From Ideonella sp. (GTDB lineage: Bacteria > Pseudomonadota > Gammaproteobacteria > Burkholderiales > Burkholderiaceae_C), in contig NZ_DASUNH010000110.1 in assembly GCF_036277275.1 (NCBI RefSeq), positions 2,014-66,013 on the forward strand: DNA of 64,000 nucleotides. Direction: 5' to 3'. Positions 39,005 through 47,687 of the stretch are shown here, piece by piece (within the stretch, counting starts at the first letter, position 1; each line of letters opens with the position of its first letter). The notes beneath the pieces were generated by a model that was not told the DNA's origin, did no database searches, and worked only from the letters and a program-made list of their open reading frames with translations. The position numbers and the translations under genes are program-made.

Positions 39005-40588
39005 ATGGCTGTTCCTTCTTTCGCGCGCTTGACGCTGGCCCGTCGCCTGGGCTTTGGCTTCGGCAGTCTGTTGCTGATGTTGCTGGTCGTCGCCGGCCTC
39101 AGCGTGGCCGAGTTGCGTGCCCAGGGCAGTCGCGTGCAAGACATCGTCGGCGTCAAGAACGAGAAGTTGGCGCTGGCCAACAGCATGCTGGAAAGCATCA
39201 ACAGCCTGGCGATCCAGGCCCGCACGGTCACGCTGCTGACCGATGTGAAGGCCATCGACGTCGAGATGAAGGTGCTGGCCGATGCGAAGAAGCGCTACGT
39301 CACCGGCGAAGCCGCACTGCTGGCATTGATCGGCTCGACCGCCGATGCCGACGAGCGTGCGTTGATGAACGACATCGTCGAGAGCGGCAAGAAAACCATC
39401 CCGCTGGTCGAGCGCGCCGCCAAGGAAGGCGAAGCCGGCGCCGGCGTCGAAGCCACGATGACGCTGACCGAGGCCGTGCGCCCGGTCGAGATCGTTTGGC
39501 GCCAGAAGGTCGCCAAGCTGATCGACATCGTGCACAAGCAGAACACCGAAGCCGCCGAGGCCGTGATCAGCTCGCAAAAGCGTGCGCTGCTGATGGTGGC
39601 TGCGCTGATGGCTGGTGCCATGGTCGCTGGCGTGTTGCTGGCGTGGCGCACCACGCGCAGCATCACCGTGCCGGTGGCGCGTGCCGTCAAAGTGGCCGAG
39701 CGGATCGCCGAAGGCGACCTGACCTCGACGGTCGAGGTCACCTCGCAAGACGAGATCGGCCGCCTGCTGCAAGCCATTCACGGCATGCAGGACAGATTGC
39801 GTTCGCTGGTGGGCGATATCCGCCAGTCGGCCGAGTCGATCCAGACCGCGAGCACCGAAGTGGCCGTGGGCAACCAGGATCTGTCGCAACGCACCGAGCA
39901 GACTGCCAGCAACCTGCAGCAGGCTGCGTCGTCGATGACGCAACTGACCGGCACGGTGAACCAGTCGGCTGAAGCCGCGAGCCAGGCCAACCAGATGGCC
40001 AGCTCGGCCTCGGCGGTGGCCAAACGCGGTGGCGAGGTCGTGGCGCAGGTCGTCTCGACGATGAACGAGATCAACAACAGTTCACGCAAGATCGCTGACA
40101 TCATTGGTGTGATCGACGGCATCGCGTTCCAGACCAACATCCTGGCCCTGAACGCCGCGGTGGAAGCGGCGCGCGCCGGTGAACAAGGCCGTGGCTTTGC
40201 GGTGGTGGCGGGTGAAGTGCGTTCGCTGGCCCAGCGCAGCGCCGAAGCGGCGAAGGAAATCAAGGGCCTGATCGGCACCAGCGTCGACAAGGTCGAGGCC
40301 GGCAGCCGGCTGGTCGGCGATGCCGGCAGCACGATGGGCGAGATCGTCGCCAGCGTGCAGCGGGTGTCCGGCATCATCAGCGAGATCACCGCCGCCGCTG
40401 CCGAGCAGAGCACTGGCATCGGCCAGGTCAGCGGCGCGGTCGGCCAGCTCGACCAGATGACCCAGCAAAACGCTGCGCTCGTGGAGCAATCAGCCGCGGC
40501 GGCCGAGAGCCTGAAGGGCCAGGCGGCCCGCTTGGCAGAACTGGTCAGCGTCTTCCGCCTGCAGCGCGACGCGAACTACATTCATTGA
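39005..40588 (+). CDS. Methyl-accepting chemotaxis protein (4HB sensor, HAMP)
   Basis: Two TMs; DEIGRL HAMP; [30 protein letters not shown]. Confidence 0.95.
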   Translation: MAVPSFARLTLARRLGFGFGSLLLMLLVVAGLSVAELRAQGSRVQDIVGVKNEKLALANSMLESINSLAIQARTVTLLTDVKAIDVEMKVLADAKKRYVTGEAALLALIGSTADADERALMNDIVESGKKTIPLVERAAKEGEAGAGVEATMTLTEAVRPVEIVWRQKVAKLIDIVHKQNTEAAEAVISSQKRALLMVAALMAGAMVAGVLLAWRTTRSITVPVARAVKVAERIAEGDLTSTVEVTSQDEIGRLLQAIHGMQDRLRSLVGDIRQSAESIQTASTEVAVGNQDLSQRTEQTASNLQQAASSMTQLTGTVNQSAEAASQANQMASSASAVAKRGGEVVAQVVSTMNEINNSSRKIADIIGVIDGIAFQTNILALNAAVEAARAGEQGRGFAVVAGEVRSLAQRSAEAAKEIKGLIGTSVDKVEAGSRLVGDAGSTMGEIVASVQRVSGIISEITAAAAEQSTGIGQVSGAVGQLDQMTQQNAALVEQSAAAAESLKGQAARLAELVSVFRLQRDANYIH

Positions 40589-40776
40589 GCCCCCACGGCC
40601 CCTACCGGGGCCTGCCCTGCAGGCCGCGCCGAGCCAGAGGCTCGGCCCCTCGGTAGGCACGAACAGTCCAGGACTGTTCATGTCCGACCTCGGCCCCCAA
40701 GGGGACTCGCGCAGCGGCCCGGCAGAGCCGAATCCGCGCACGCCACTTGGTGGGCGGCGGCGCTGCGCGCGCCTAG
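40588..40776 (+). repeat. 189-bp palindromic repeat element, copy 1
   Basis: 179/189 identical to 42211-42399; several hairpins; begins at the MCP stop and ends in CTAG. Confidence 0.9.
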
Positions 40777-40817
40777 GAAACTGGGTGGTGGCTGCTTCTG
40801 CGAAGCGAGCCAGGAAT

Positions 40818-40849
40818 AAAAAAACGACCCAGCCCGTGAGGGCTGGGTC
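40818..40849 (-). terminator. Orphan intrinsic terminator on the minus strand
   Basis: GACCCAGCCC-TCAC-GGGCTGGGTC-G-T7 on the minus strand; no minus-strand CDS directly upstream. Confidence 0.7.
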
Positions 40850-41093
40850 CGTACAAGTCCTCAAAGAGGACGTCGTTGGGACGTTCGCCCGGGCGCGCCG
40901 TTCAGTGCACCCTGGGGCATGTCGGGCACTCTAGGTGGGCACTGTAACGAGAGCTATCCCCTGATTGGGGGATGCTGGCCCCTAGAGGCACACTGTCTGC
41001 ACAAAAGGTGCAGAGCGTTGGTGTGGCGGCCATTTCTTGGTGAGGCCGTCAGCTTGATGTGCGGCCGACGCCTGTCGGCGCGACAATCGCGCG

Positions 41094-41786
41094 ATGCCTG
41101 CACCTGCACCCGAATCTTTGCCCGCGCTGACCGACGCCGACCTGGCCTTGCTCGAGCGTTGGCTGGACCGCATTCCTGCGCCTGCCGAGCCGCTGGACGC
41201 GATGATGCTCGATGGTTTTCTCTGCGGCGTGCTGCTGCAGCCCAAGCCGGTGCCCGAGGCGCAGTGGTGGCGCCACGTGGTGGATGTGGACGGTCGTTCG
41301 ATTCCGCTCGGCTTCGACGACGAGCCGCTGCGCGCGCTGGTGCGCCGCCGCCATGCGGAACTCGACGCAGCGATCCGCGAGCGTCAATGGTTCGACCCGT
41401 GGGTGTTCGAACTTGACGATGAAGAGGACCCGCTGCAGGCCGTGATGCCGTGGGTGGCGGGCTTCGCGACGGCGATGGAGTTCTTCCCGGCGCTGATGCG
41501 CAGTGATTCGCCCGAGGTGGCCGAGCCGCTGGCGGTGCTGTACCGCAGCTTCGACCCGGAAGACCTCGAAGATGCCGACGAACTGCTCGAACTGATCGAG
41601 GAGCTCGAGCCACCGGCCGACCTCGCCGAAGCGGTGGAGGCGTTGGTCAACAGCGTGCTGTTGCTGGCCGACGTGACCCGGCCGTTGCCCAGCACCAAGC
41701 CGCGGCGTCCGCCGTCACCGCGTCCGCGCCGGCCGGCGCCGGGTGGTGGAACAGGTGGTGGTGGGACCCGCGGCCGTCGCCATTGA
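41094..41786 (+). CDS. YecA/UPF0149 family protein
   Basis: LDAMMLDGFLCGVLLQP...W; PWVAGF; acidic; no SEC-C motif, Pro/Arg/Gly tail. Confidence 0.8.
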   Translation: MPAPAPESLPALTDADLALLERWLDRIPAPAEPLDAMMLDGFLCGVLLQPKPVPEAQWWRHVVDVDGRSIPLGFDDEPLRALVRRRHAELDAAIRERQWFDPWVFELDDEEDPLQAVMPWVAGFATAMEFFPALMRSDSPEVAEPLAVLYRSFDPEDLEDADELLELIEELEPPADLAEAVEALVNSVLLLADVTRPLPSTKPRRPPSPRPRRPAPGGGTGGGGTRGRRH

Positions 41787-41810
41787 TCCTTTCCATCCAC
41801 TGTCGCCCAG

Positions 41811-42212
41811 ATGCAAGCCGACCAACTCAACACCTTTGGCGCTCCGAACCTGCCCGGCTATCTCGGCATCGTGATCGAAGAGGCCGGGGCTTCGGGCGTC
41901 AAGGCCCATCTGCCGGTACGGGCCGAGCTGATGGCGCCGAACGGCTTCCTGCATGCCGGCAGCGTCGTCACGTTGGCCGATACCTGTGCCGGCTACGGCT
42001 GCGTGACGAACCTGCCGGCCGGCGCCACCGGCTTCACGACGATCGAGCTGAAATCGAACTTCCTCGGCACTGCCCGCGAGGGCACGATCGAGTGCGTGGC
42101 CACGCCCGTGCACATGGGCAAGACCACCCAGATCTGGGACGCTGTGGTGACCAGCCGCGAAACAGGCAAGACGCTCGCGCTGTTCCGCTGCACGCAGATG
42201 GTGCTTTATTAG
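41811..42212 (+). CDS. PaaI family hotdog thioesterase
   Basis: NGFLHAGSVVTLAD, FTTIELKSNFL. Confidence 0.9.
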   Translation: MQADQLNTFGAPNLPGYLGIVIEEAGASGVKAHLPVRAELMAPNGFLHAGSVVTLADTCAGYGCVTNLPAGATGFTTIELKSNFLGTAREGTIECVATPVHMGKTTQIWDAVVTSRETGKTLALFRCTQMVLY

Positions 42213-42399
42213 CCCCCACGCCCCCTACCGGGGGCTGCCCTGCAGGCCGCGCCGAGCCAGAGGCTCGGCCCCTCGGTAGGCACGAACAGTCCAGGACTGT
42301 TCATGTCCGACCTCGGCCCCCGAGGGGGCTCGCGCAGCGGACTGGCAAAGCCAGATCCGCGCACGCCACTTGATGGGCGGCGGCGCTGCGCGCGCCTAG
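42211..42399 (+). repeat. 189-bp palindromic repeat element, copy 2
   Basis: Direct-orientation copy of 40588-40776; begins at the PaaI stop. Confidence 0.9.
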
Positions 42400-42409
42400 T
42401 TGGGATTAC

Positions 42410-43702
42410 CTATGCAAACACGCGCTGTGCGTGCAGGCCCAGGCCCTGCGCCACGCTGGCGAGGCGGTCGCCGCGCACGGTGCGCGCGCGCGTGAACGGG
42501 GCGGCAATGCGGTGCGCGAGCGGCGCCAGGCCGGTTGAGCCGCCGGTCAGGTAGACCGCTTCGACCTGCTCGGGCGCCACGCCGGCCAGCCGCACCGTTT
42601 CGAGCCCGGCTTGCACGATGCGCTCCAGGTCGGCCTCGATCGCACCCAGCGCCTGGGGCTCGGCCAGCAGCGCCTGCAGGCCCGGCTCGACCGGATCCAG
42701 GTCGATGTGCACCACGTCGCCCTCGCGGCCGTCGGCCACGGCGATCTTCGCGGCCTCGGCCTTGGCCATCAACGCGTGGCCCAGCTTGTGTTCGACGATC
42801 GTCATCAGCCGCGCATGCAGCTCGGCATCGGCATAGAAGGTCCGCATGCGGCGCAGCTCCATCACCCGGGCCGGCGTGTAGACCGTGTTGATCAGGTGCC
42901 AGGTGGCGAGGTCGAAATAGACCTTGTTCGGCACCTCGCGCTCGGCCGGCGCCGGCCCGCGTGCCTTGTAGCCCGCCAGCGGCAGGATCGCGGCCAATTC
43001 GACATGGCGGTCGAAATCGGTGCCGGCGATGTGCACACCGTGGTTGGCCAGGATGTCGTTCGCGCGATCCACCCGCTTCGCCCGTTCGGGGCCGACGCGC
43101 ACGAGCGAAAAGTCCGACGTGCCACCGCCGATGTCCGCCACCAGCACCAACTGCTCATGGTCGACGGTGGCCTCGAAGTCCAGCGCCGCGGCGATCGGCT
43201 CGTACTGGAAGCTGACCTCGGCAAAGCCGACCTGGCGTGCGGCCTGTTCCAGTGCGGCCTGGGCTTGCGCGTCGCGCTCGGGGTCGTCGTCGACGAAGTA
43301 CACAGGCCGTCCGAGCACGGCGCGCTTCAGCGGCTCGCCGGCCTGCGCCTCGGCCAGCGACTTCAGATGCCGCAGGTAGCCGGCGATCACGTCGAGGAAA
43401 CGCACCGAGCGGCCACCGCCGACATCGGTGCCCTGGTCGATCAACGAAGAGCCCAGCACACTCTTCATCGAGCGCATCAGCCGGCCTTCATGACCCTCGA
43501 CGTAGGCAGCGAGCGCCTGGCGGCCGTAGAGCCGCCTCGGGTCTTCGTGCGGAGCGGTGCCTTCGAGCGTGTAGAAGACGGCGGTCGGCATCGTGCGCTG
43601 ACCGGGTTCGACCTCGACCAGCGCCACGCGGTGGGCCGCACCGGGCAAGGCAATCGCCGAATTCGACGTGCCGAAGTCGATGGCGCAGTAGGCGTGGTGC
43701 AT
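42410..43702 (-). CDS. yegD: Hsp70-family protein, YegD-like
   Basis: AIDFGTSNS, EPIAAA, DIGGGTSDFS, LTGGS; lacks a substrate-binding domain. Confidence 0.8.
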   Translation of the reverse strand: MHHAYCAIDFGTSNSAIALPGAAHRVALVEVEPGQRTMPTAVFYTLEGTAPHEDPRRLYGRQALAAYVEGHEGRLMRSMKSVLGSSLIDQGTDVGGGRSVRFLDVIAGYLRHLKSLAEAQAGEPLKRAVLGRPVYFVDDDPERDAQAQAALEQAARQVGFAEVSFQYEPIAAALDFEATVDHEQLVLVADIGGGTSDFSLVRVGPERAKRVDRANDILANHGVHIAGTDFDRHVELAAILPLAGYKARGPAPAEREVPNKVYFDLATWHLINTVYTPARVMELRRMRTFYADAELHARLMTIVEHKLGHALMAKAEAAKIAVADGREGDVVHIDLDPVEPGLQALLAEPQALGAIEADLERIVQAGLETVRLAGVAPEQVEAVYLTGGSTGLAPLAHRIAAPFTRARTVRGDRLASVAQGLGLHAQRVFA

Positions 43703-43801
43703 GGCAACCGGGCGCAGAGGGACGCGCGAGAAAAAAGGGCGCGATTCTGCCACCGATCGCCGCACTGCGGGCGGCGATCGGAAATCGACGTGCTCGTCAG
43801 G

Positions 43802-45118
43802 TCAGGTCGACGGGGCCAGCGTGACCTGTGGCTTGCGCTGCGGCAGCTCGGGGCCGCAGAAGCCGAAGTTCAGCTGCGGCCGCTTGCCGCTCATCAGCTC
43901 GGCCAGCGCGCGGCCCGAGCCGGCGCCGTGCGTCCAGCCCAGCGTGCCGTGGCCGGCATTGAGCCACAGGTTGCTGATCTGGCTGCGGCCGATGTAGGGA
44001 ATGTTGGTCGGCGTGCTCGGGCGCAGGCCGGTCCAGTAGTTCGGCTCGTCGAGGTGGGCGACGCCTGGGAACAGCTCTTCGTAGCGCTTGACCAGCGCCG
44101 CGCAACGCACCTGCGCCGTGCTGCTGGCCAGGCTCTGGTCATAGCCTGCCATCTCGGCCGTGCCGGCGATGCGGATGTGATCCCCCAGGCGCGAGATCGC
44201 GATCTTGCGGGTGTCGTCCAGCAGGCTCACGGTGCTCGCGGCTTCGGGCTTCTTCAACCGCAGCGTGGCCGAGTAGCCCTTGGCGGGGTAGATGTCGAGG
44301 TCGACGCCGATCGGGCGCAACAGCGGGGCGGTGAACGAGCCCATCGCCGCCACGAACTGGTCGCCGCGCAGCGTGCTGCGCGCGCCGGTGCGCTGGCAGC
44401 CGACGTTGACGCCGCTGATCTCGTTGCCGACGCGGTCGAAGCCGAGAACGTCGTGCTCGTAGAGGAATGTCACGCCGCGCTCGCGGCATTTTTCGGCCAG
44501 CTTCTGGGTGAAGACGCGGGCATCGCCCGATTCATCACTGGGCGTGTAGGTGCCACCATGGATGTTCGGGCCGAACGCGGCCAGCGACGGCTCGACTTTC
44601 AGCACCTCGTCGCGATTCAGCACGCGGCGGTCGACGCCGTGCTGGCGCATCAGCTCGGCACCGGCGGCACCGGCCTCGAAGTCCTTGGCCGACGAGAAGA
44701 AATGCAGGATGCCGCGCTCGAGGCGCTCGTACTCGATGCCGGTCTTGTCGACCAGGCCTTTCAGCGACTCGTGGCTGTAGGCACCCAGGGCGACCAACTG
44801 CTCGACGTTGCGGGCAAAGGCCGCGTCGGTGCACTGCAGCAGGAACTTGACGCCCCAGCGCCATTGGTATGGATCGAGCCGAGGGCGGAACAGCAGCGGC
44901 GAGTCGTCACGCAGCAGCCACTTCAGCACCTTCAGTGGGGCCCCTGCATTGGCCCAGGGCTCGCAGAAGCTGACGGAGATTTGCGCGCCATTGGCGAAAC
45001 TGGTTTCCAGCGCCGCATCGGGCTGCCGATCGACCACCGTGACGTCGTGGCCTTCTTCAGCCAGGTACCAAGCGGTGGAGATGCCGATGATGCCGGCGCC
45101 AAGAACGATGATCTTCAT
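43802..45118 (-). CDS. dadA: D-amino acid dehydrogenase
   Basis: GAGIIG, ETSFANGAQIS, AKGYS, WTGLRP, NAGHGTLGWT. Confidence 0.88.
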   Translation of the reverse strand: MKIIVLGAGIIGISTAWYLAEEGHDVTVVDRQPDAALETSFANGAQISVSFCEPWANAGAPLKVLKWLLRDDSPLLFRPRLDPYQWRWGVKFLLQCTDAAFARNVEQLVALGAYSHESLKGLVDKTGIEYERLERGILHFFSSAKDFEAGAAGAELMRQHGVDRRVLNRDEVLKVEPSLAAFGPNIHGGTYTPSDESGDARVFTQKLAEKCRERGVTFLYEHDVLGFDRVGNEISGVNVGCQRTGARSTLRGDQFVAAMGSFTAPLLRPIGVDLDIYPAKGYSATLRLKKPEAASTVSLLDDTRKIAISRLGDHIRIAGTAEMAGYDQSLASSTAQVRCAALVKRYEELFPGVAHLDEPNYWTGLRPSTPTNIPYIGRSQISNLWLNAGHGTLGWTHGAGSGRALAELMSGKRPQLNFGFCGPELPQRKPQVTLAPST

Positions 45119-45412
45119 GCCCGAAAAACTGCGTGGATTGAATCCGGGTCATTCTCGGCAGAAGGCCGTCGTAAATGAAGCAAAACTCATGAAATTCACA
45201 GTTCATTAGGTTTGCTTATCTCACGACGCTCGTCAACCTGTCTGACGCGGCGGCCGTCCCAACCCGGTCAGGGCAGATTCCCATCGGGTGGGACCGGCGC
45301 GCCACAGCCGCGTGCAAATGCCGCAACTGCATGGCTTTACCCCCCGAAATAGAGGTAACGAAAAACCGCAACGGGACGAAACTAAAGGCAACAACCCGCC
45401 CCGGAGACCACC

Positions 45413-45631
45413 ATGTCGAACGCCGCTCACCCCAGCTTGTTGCGCCGTCTGATGGGTCTGGGCGCGACGCCCGCGCCGGAGCTGGACCCGGCCGACATGG
45501 GCACTGCCATGGGTCTGGACTTCTGTCTCGACGAGCCACCGGCCGAGGTGGCTGCCGCCACGACGCTGGCCCAGGCCGGCCGCGTGAGCATCATGCAGAC
45601 GAGCTGGCTGCGGCGGCTCAGCGCGAGTTGA
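45413..45631 (+). CDS. Small hypothetical protein (72 aa)
   Basis: RBS ggag; non-shadow ORF in an otherwise empty region; DPADMGTAMGLDF core. Confidence 0.55.
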   Translation: MSNAAHPSLLRRLMGLGATPAPELDPADMGTAMGLDFCLDEPPAEVAAATTLAQAGRVSIMQTSWLRRLSAS

Positions 45632-45675
45632 ACCCCGCTGCGCCAACACCTCGTGTGCGCGGCCGGCGGTGGGTG

Positions 45676-46098
45676 TCAGCGCACCAACAGCACCGGCGTC
45701 GTGCAGTGCGCCATCACCTTCGTCGTCACCGAGCCCATCACGAGCTTGCCCAGCGAGCCGTGACCGTGTGAGCCCATCACCAACAGATCGAACTTGCCCT
45801 TGGTGGCCATGGCCGCGATGTTGTCGGCAGCGTGGCCGATCTTCGAGACGAAGGTGGCCGACAGCTTCTGCTTGGCGAAGAACTGGCGGATCGGCTTGAA
45901 GACCTTGTCGGCCTCTGCCTCGTAGTAGGCCGCGAGCACCGCCTTGTCCACTGCCGCCGCGGCGCGCGGAGGCACCGCCATCACCGAATGAATCACGGTG
46001 TACTCATGGTGCTCACCCAACCATTCGTCGTGTGCCGCCAGGTAGGCCAGCATGTGCTTCGTGTAGGGACTGCCATCCACGGCGACCAGGATCTTCAT
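45676..46098 (-). CDS. Universal stress protein
   Basis: KILVAVDGS, DLLVMGSHGHG...MGSVT...PVLLVR. Confidence 0.93.
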   Translation of the reverse strand: MKILVAVDGSPYTKHMLAYLAAHDEWLGEHHEYTVIHSVMAVPPRAAAAVDKAVLAAYYEAEADKVFKPIRQFFAKQKLSATFVSKIGHAADNIAAMATKGKFDLLVMGSHGHGSLGKLVMGSVTTKVMAHCTTPVLLVR

Positions 46099-46994
46099 CG
46101 TTCATCTCCTCGGTTAGATAAATCAGTTTCGCACGGGCCTGCCGGCGCGGCTTGTGGCGCATCAACGCGATGGCAAGGCACGTCGACCGTGAACTGCGGG
46201 CGAAAGGTCTCCTGCTCGCCCTTGCTGAAGTAGCCGCGCGGGTTGGCGAACACCTCGCAGCGTTGGTGGCGTCCCGCCCTGTAGTGGCTGGGGCAGTGCA
46301 AGTGGCCATGAAGCCAGACGTCGGCGAAGTCGAACAGTTCGTCCAGCGCGTTGCAGAAACCGGCGGTGCCCGGCGTCAGCCCGTAGCGTGGGTCGGCGCT
46401 GCTCAGGCTTGGCGCGTAGTGGGTGACGACGACGGTCGTGCCGTCGAACGGCTTGGCCAGCGCCTCGCGCAGCCACTGCTGGCATTCGAGCGCCAGCTGG
46501 CGCCACTCCTCGGCCAGCATTGGCTCGCCGTACTGGCTGGCGGTGAAGCGCTGCAGGTAGAAGTTGGCAGCGCGGTAGGCCTTTTCGCGTGCCTGCAGTT
46601 GCTGGGTGACGGTGTTCTTGCCGACAGCCAGCGCGTCGAAGTCGCTCCACAAGGTGGTGCCGATGAAGCGCACGCCGTCGATCACCAGCGTTTCGCGCTC
46701 GAGCCACGTGATGCCCAGCCGTTCGCAGGTTGCACGCAGCCGCGCATGGGCGTCGGCGAAATCGAGCCCGTCGTATTCGTGGTTGCCGGGCAGGTAGAGC
46801 ACGTGCTGCCAAGGCGCGCCCGGCTGGCCGGGGGCAAACCGCTCGAGCCCGAAGTCAGGGCCCGCCAGCCGCGAGTTCGCCTGGTACGAGCCGATGTCGC
46901 CCGCCAGCACCAGCGTGTCGGCGCCAGGGGCAGGGGGCAGTCTGAAATCGGGGTAACGCTCGAGGTGCAGGTCGGAGGCAAGTTGCAGTCGCAT
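46095..46994 (-). CDS. Calcineurin-like metallophosphoesterase
   Basis: SDLHLE, LAGDI, PGNHEY, THYAP, HGHLH, NPRGY. Confidence 0.9.
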   Translation of the reverse strand: MRLQLASDLHLERYPDFRLPPAPGADTLVLAGDIGSYQANSRLAGPDFGLERFAPGQPGAPWQHVLYLPGNHEYDGLDFADAHARLRATCERLGITWLERETLVIDGVRFIGTTLWSDFDALAVGKNTVTQQLQAREKAYRAANFYLQRFTASQYGEPMLAEEWRQLALECQQWLREALAKPFDGTTVVVTHYAPSLSSADPRYGLTPGTAGFCNALDELFDFADVWLHGHLHCPSHYRAGRHQRCEVFANPRGYFSKGEQETFRPQFTVDVPCHRVDAPQAAPAGPCETDLSNRGDER

Positions 46995-47045
46995 GGAAGC
47001 GATGATCGCAAACCTTGGACGGCGTTGCGCGCCGAGGTGGGCTGG

Positions 47046-47687
47046 TCAGCGGGTGGCGTGTGCATGCATGCGCGCCGCCACATCTTTCAGCCAGGGCTGC
47101 GCGGCCCAGTGCGCTTGCGCGAAAGCGTCGATCGCGGCCTGGTACTGCAGCGAGGCGCCGATCATGTCCAGCCCATCGATCAGCATGCGCTGATGACGCG
47201 GCGACAGCGTGAAGCGCGATAGGCGCATCGGGCTTGTCACTGTCAGCGCTTCGAGGTCGATGTGCAGAGGCAGCGGCCCTTCATGTGCCGCGGCATCGTC
47301 GAGCAGGGCCAGCGCGTCGGCCTCGCTCACCATCACCGGCAACAAGCCGTTGTTGACCGCGTTCGAGTAGAAGATCTCGCCGAAGCTCGAGGCCACGACG
47401 GCCTTGAAACCGAACTGCTGCATGCCCCACACCGCATGCTCGCGGCTGGAGCCGCAGCCGCAGTTCGGGCCGGCGATCAGGATGTCGACGCCGGTAAACC
47501 CTGGCTGGTTCAGCACGAAGCCATCGCGCGGCCGACCCTGGGCATCGAAACGCAGGTCGTAGAGCAGGCCACGCGCCAGACCGGCCTTGTCGATGCCGCG
47601 AAGGAACTGCTTGGGCAGGATCTGGTCGGTGTCCAGGTTCGCGGTCGGCAATGCCGCGGCGCGGCCTTCGATGATGCTGCGCTTCAT
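47046..47687 (-). CDS. leuD: Isopropylmalate dehydratase-family small subunit (paralog)
   Basis: NLDTDQILPKQFL, NCGCGSSREHAVW, FGEIFYSN; ATG overlaps the leuC stop. Confidence 0.85.
   Translation of the reverse strand: MKRSIIEGRAAALPTANLDTDQILPKQFLRGIDKAGLARGLLYDLRFDAQGRPRDGFVLNQPGFTGVDILIAGPNCGCGSSREHAVWGMQQFGFKAVVASSFGEIFYSNAVNNGLLPVMVSEADALALLDDAAAHEGPLPLHIDLEALTVTSPMRLSRFTLSPRHQRMLIDGLDMIGASLQYQAAIDAFAQAHWAAQPWLKDVAARMHAHATR

Noticed and set aside
40680-40934. Small ORFs MSDLGPQG.../MSDLGPRG... (also 42303-42554)
   Set aside because: They start inside the 189-bp repeat and diverge as soon as the repeat ends; artefacts of the element.
40588-42399. Composite transposon bounded by the 189-bp repeats
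   Set aside because: The repeats are direct, have no clear terminal inverted repeats and enclose no transposase. Kept as a repeat family only.
45119-45412. Glycine or c-di-GMP riboswitch upstream of dadA or the small ORF
   Set aside because: No GGAGA...GAAGG/CTCAGG glycine core and no GGCAAAC...GGACGCAAAG c-di-GMP-I core on either strand.
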